The notes under the pieces were generated by a model. The model was given only the letters and a program-made list of their open reading frames with translations. It ran no database searches and was not told the DNA's origin. From Glaucostegus cemiculus (taxonomy: Eukaryota), in assembly GCA_976551045.1 (NCBI GenBank), contig CDPCPM010000014.1, positions 7,998,001 to 8,062,000 of the forward strand: a stretch of DNA of 64,000 nt. Direction: 5' to 3'. Of this stretch, positions 61,551-64,000 are shown piece by piece (the first letter of the stretch is position 1; the number at the start of each line of letters is the position of its first letter). The position numbers were made by a program, and so were the translations under genes.

Positions 61551-63524
61551 ATGATATCAGAAGCAGACTGGATGGTACATTGGGCAAAGGCCACTCTGTT
61601 CCAAGAAGACGTGAGAATGATCACACCCTTAACCATCCTTCATGGCACAGCTGATGAAAGCCAGCTATAACCAGATCATTACACTTTACTGTCCAGAGGA
61701 ATTTTTTGGGGGGTTCCAATGCATTTGGCAAATAAATAAATCATTAGCAGGAAATTAATTATAGAGAGGATTGGCAATGATTTTTAAAATAGCATAAATT
61801 CTCCATCAGCAGAAATTGATTTTTACCATTTAACATTTGATAAAACTCCTAAGATCAACAGGCAGGGAAATAGGGGGCAATAATGTTGGGGGCGGGGGGG
61901 CGGTGGGTGGAGAGCCAGTGATTTGAAACCATGCAGTGAGTCTGTTCATTGGAAGAAAGAAAGAGAGAGAAAACAAAAATTAAATGTAGAAAGATCATCT
62001 GAAACAAAGTAAATAATCATTGCAGCGTGTTGAAGGAAGAATTTTGTCTGATGCAGTCAATACTCATACACTGATATTGTACATTAGTGGAGCTTAAGTA
62101 CATAAATAACTGCAGGAAAGGCTCCCACAAAGATATAGATTTTTCTTTGTGGTATGGAAAAGAAAATAAATCAAATTATGTTGGAACAACATCAAGGGGA
62201 GGGGAAGGAGTTGAGGGTCTGAAGACATTTGCAATTTAATTGATTTTTGAAGGTAGGAAGCCAATCAGTATAAGTAAATTGACGTTATGAGATAAAAATG
62301 ATCTCTTAATGCGATGCCTTCCCCACATTGCAATTTCAGTGCAAATAAATATGGCTGAACCCCCCCGGATCAGTATGACAGCAGTTATTGTACACGGCAC
62401 AGCACTGTCGAGTCAGTGGGGTTCTCTTCATGTTGCAGTTTATTTTTCCTGCAAGTGTCTGCACTCCCTGAGAGAAGGCAATGAACAGTCTCACACTGAT
62501 TGCTGTTTCAGCCAACAGCGGTCAGGAGAATGTAATTAATGACTCTATTTGCTCGAGCACGGCTGAGAACAATTGAGTTTGTTATGGCAACAACTGATGC
62601 CAGCTTCCCTGGGCTCAAGGGATGTGTTTAGTCTGCAGCTACAGCTGGGCAGAGCACCAGATGATCCTCATGCAATGGGAGTGTTTGGCAAATGAAGTGT
62701 CAATAAAGTTAAGTGATTCAGTCCTACATTTTCAAACTGAAGTAGATGAGGAGGTGGAGTGATTTGATGGATTGCCTGTGTAACAGCCCTCATGAGCAGT
62801 ATTTGATCTGTCCACAAATGGGCCTGTAGAAAGCAGGATACAATAAACGAACAGCACAGAGACTGAAAAACAACACTGTAAGCTGAAAAGTAGCATTATT
62901 GGGATTGTAGTGTCTTGTGGTAGTGCAGAGTATGTTGTAATATTTTTAATTGCAGACTGAAGTGATATATCAATGTTCTAGAAGTATGAACAAATTAGCC
63001 TTAATCATTTAAAAAAAATAAAAAGCAAAATATTATTTGCTACCATATTATTAAGTTTACAGCTTCTCTACATTGTGGTAATAGAATAATTGATGGTAGG
63101 TTACAGAGTTAGAAAAAAGGAGCAAGTGGGTTTAGTGAACTGTCGGTTTAGTTTGAAACTTACTCATTCTGAAAATTGATGGGAAAGCTGTCTCCTACAA
63201 GAAATGCAATAGAATTCTTGCTTTTCATTTTAAGCCTACCCTGATAGAAACACACAATGCACTCCTCCCAACAGAGTCTCCTATTATTGGAATAAATTCT
63301 TTAAACTAAGGGAATCAGTCACTCTGTGGACAGAGATTACAGCACTTCATGATTGGATGTGCTGCCTTCCATTGCTGTGTGGGGTTCATTCCATGGGCCA
63401 TTCTGAAATACCAATGAAAGATCAGAATGTGGTAAGATTTTTTATGTGTTGCCCAATGTACATACAAAATAATTGCTTCCGGATACTGGAATCTCTAAAG
63501 TATTGATAAAGAATGAATGAAAGA

Positions 63525-63800
63525 AAGAAAACTATTTATACAATGGCTTTCACCACCTCAGGAGATTTCAAATCATCACAGCCAATAAAATGTGGTTACT
63601 GTTGTAACATAGAAACCAAATTACACACAGAAAGGTCCCATAAAATGGCAATGGCATAAGTGACTACATAAGTCATTTTACTGATGTTGGTTAATGGAGA
63701 AACCTTGGTCAGGACACTGAGGGAACTCCCCTGCTTAATGCCATTACAACCATCTGAGAGAGTTTACAGTCCATTTGAGAGTTTTATGAGGCTATTATTA
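63525..63800 (-). mobile_element. Deu-type SINE fragment
   Basis: GATGTTGGTTAATGGAGAAACCTTGGTCAGGACACTGAGGGAACTCCCCTGCT is the reverse of the Deu core. Confidence 0.55.
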
Positions 63801-64000
63801 TTACTCTTGTATGTCCCCCTGTGAGAGTGAGATGGGAATTTAAAGTGTTTCACATCTGGATCAAGACTCCTTTGGGTGTTGTATGGTAAAGTGGCCTGTG
63901 ATGATATGGTTTAGTGCTTATGTAACGGAACTAGTAATCCAGAGGTCTGGACTAATAACCCTGAAATATGAGTTCAATTTCCATTGTGGCAGCTAGGAAA

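Overview
AT-rich vertebrate genomic DNA. The repeat content (HE1-type V-SINEs, CR1/HER1-type LINEs, Deu-type SINEs, Neptune-type Penelope fragments) points to a cartilaginous fish (inference). The window lies inside pax5 on the + strand. It holds three coding exons: 4458-4655 (paired-domain C-terminal part), 10308-10372, and 12904-13035 (octapeptide YSISGILG), equivalent to mammalian exons 3-5. More than 50 kb of intron 5 follows, with no recognisable exon 6. The most notable object is a decayed 4.5-kb class III (ERV-S/ERV-L-like) provirus on the - strand at 43113-47644. It has two ~580-bp LTRs, a tRNA-Ser PBS, gag, only the C-terminal half of integrase (PR/RT/RNase H missing) and a compact gamma-type env with its own splice acceptor. 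Other points of interest are Penelope-derived short elements with minimal hammerhead-ribozyme remnants, several of them head-to-head foldbacks; a ~7-kb strand-asymmetric 24-26-bp satellite; a palindromic Pax2/5/8 consensus site next to a homeodomain site in intron 4; and PU.1-IRF (EICE) and octamer motif clusters in intron 5. All alignments were done by eye and repeat boundaries are approximate.
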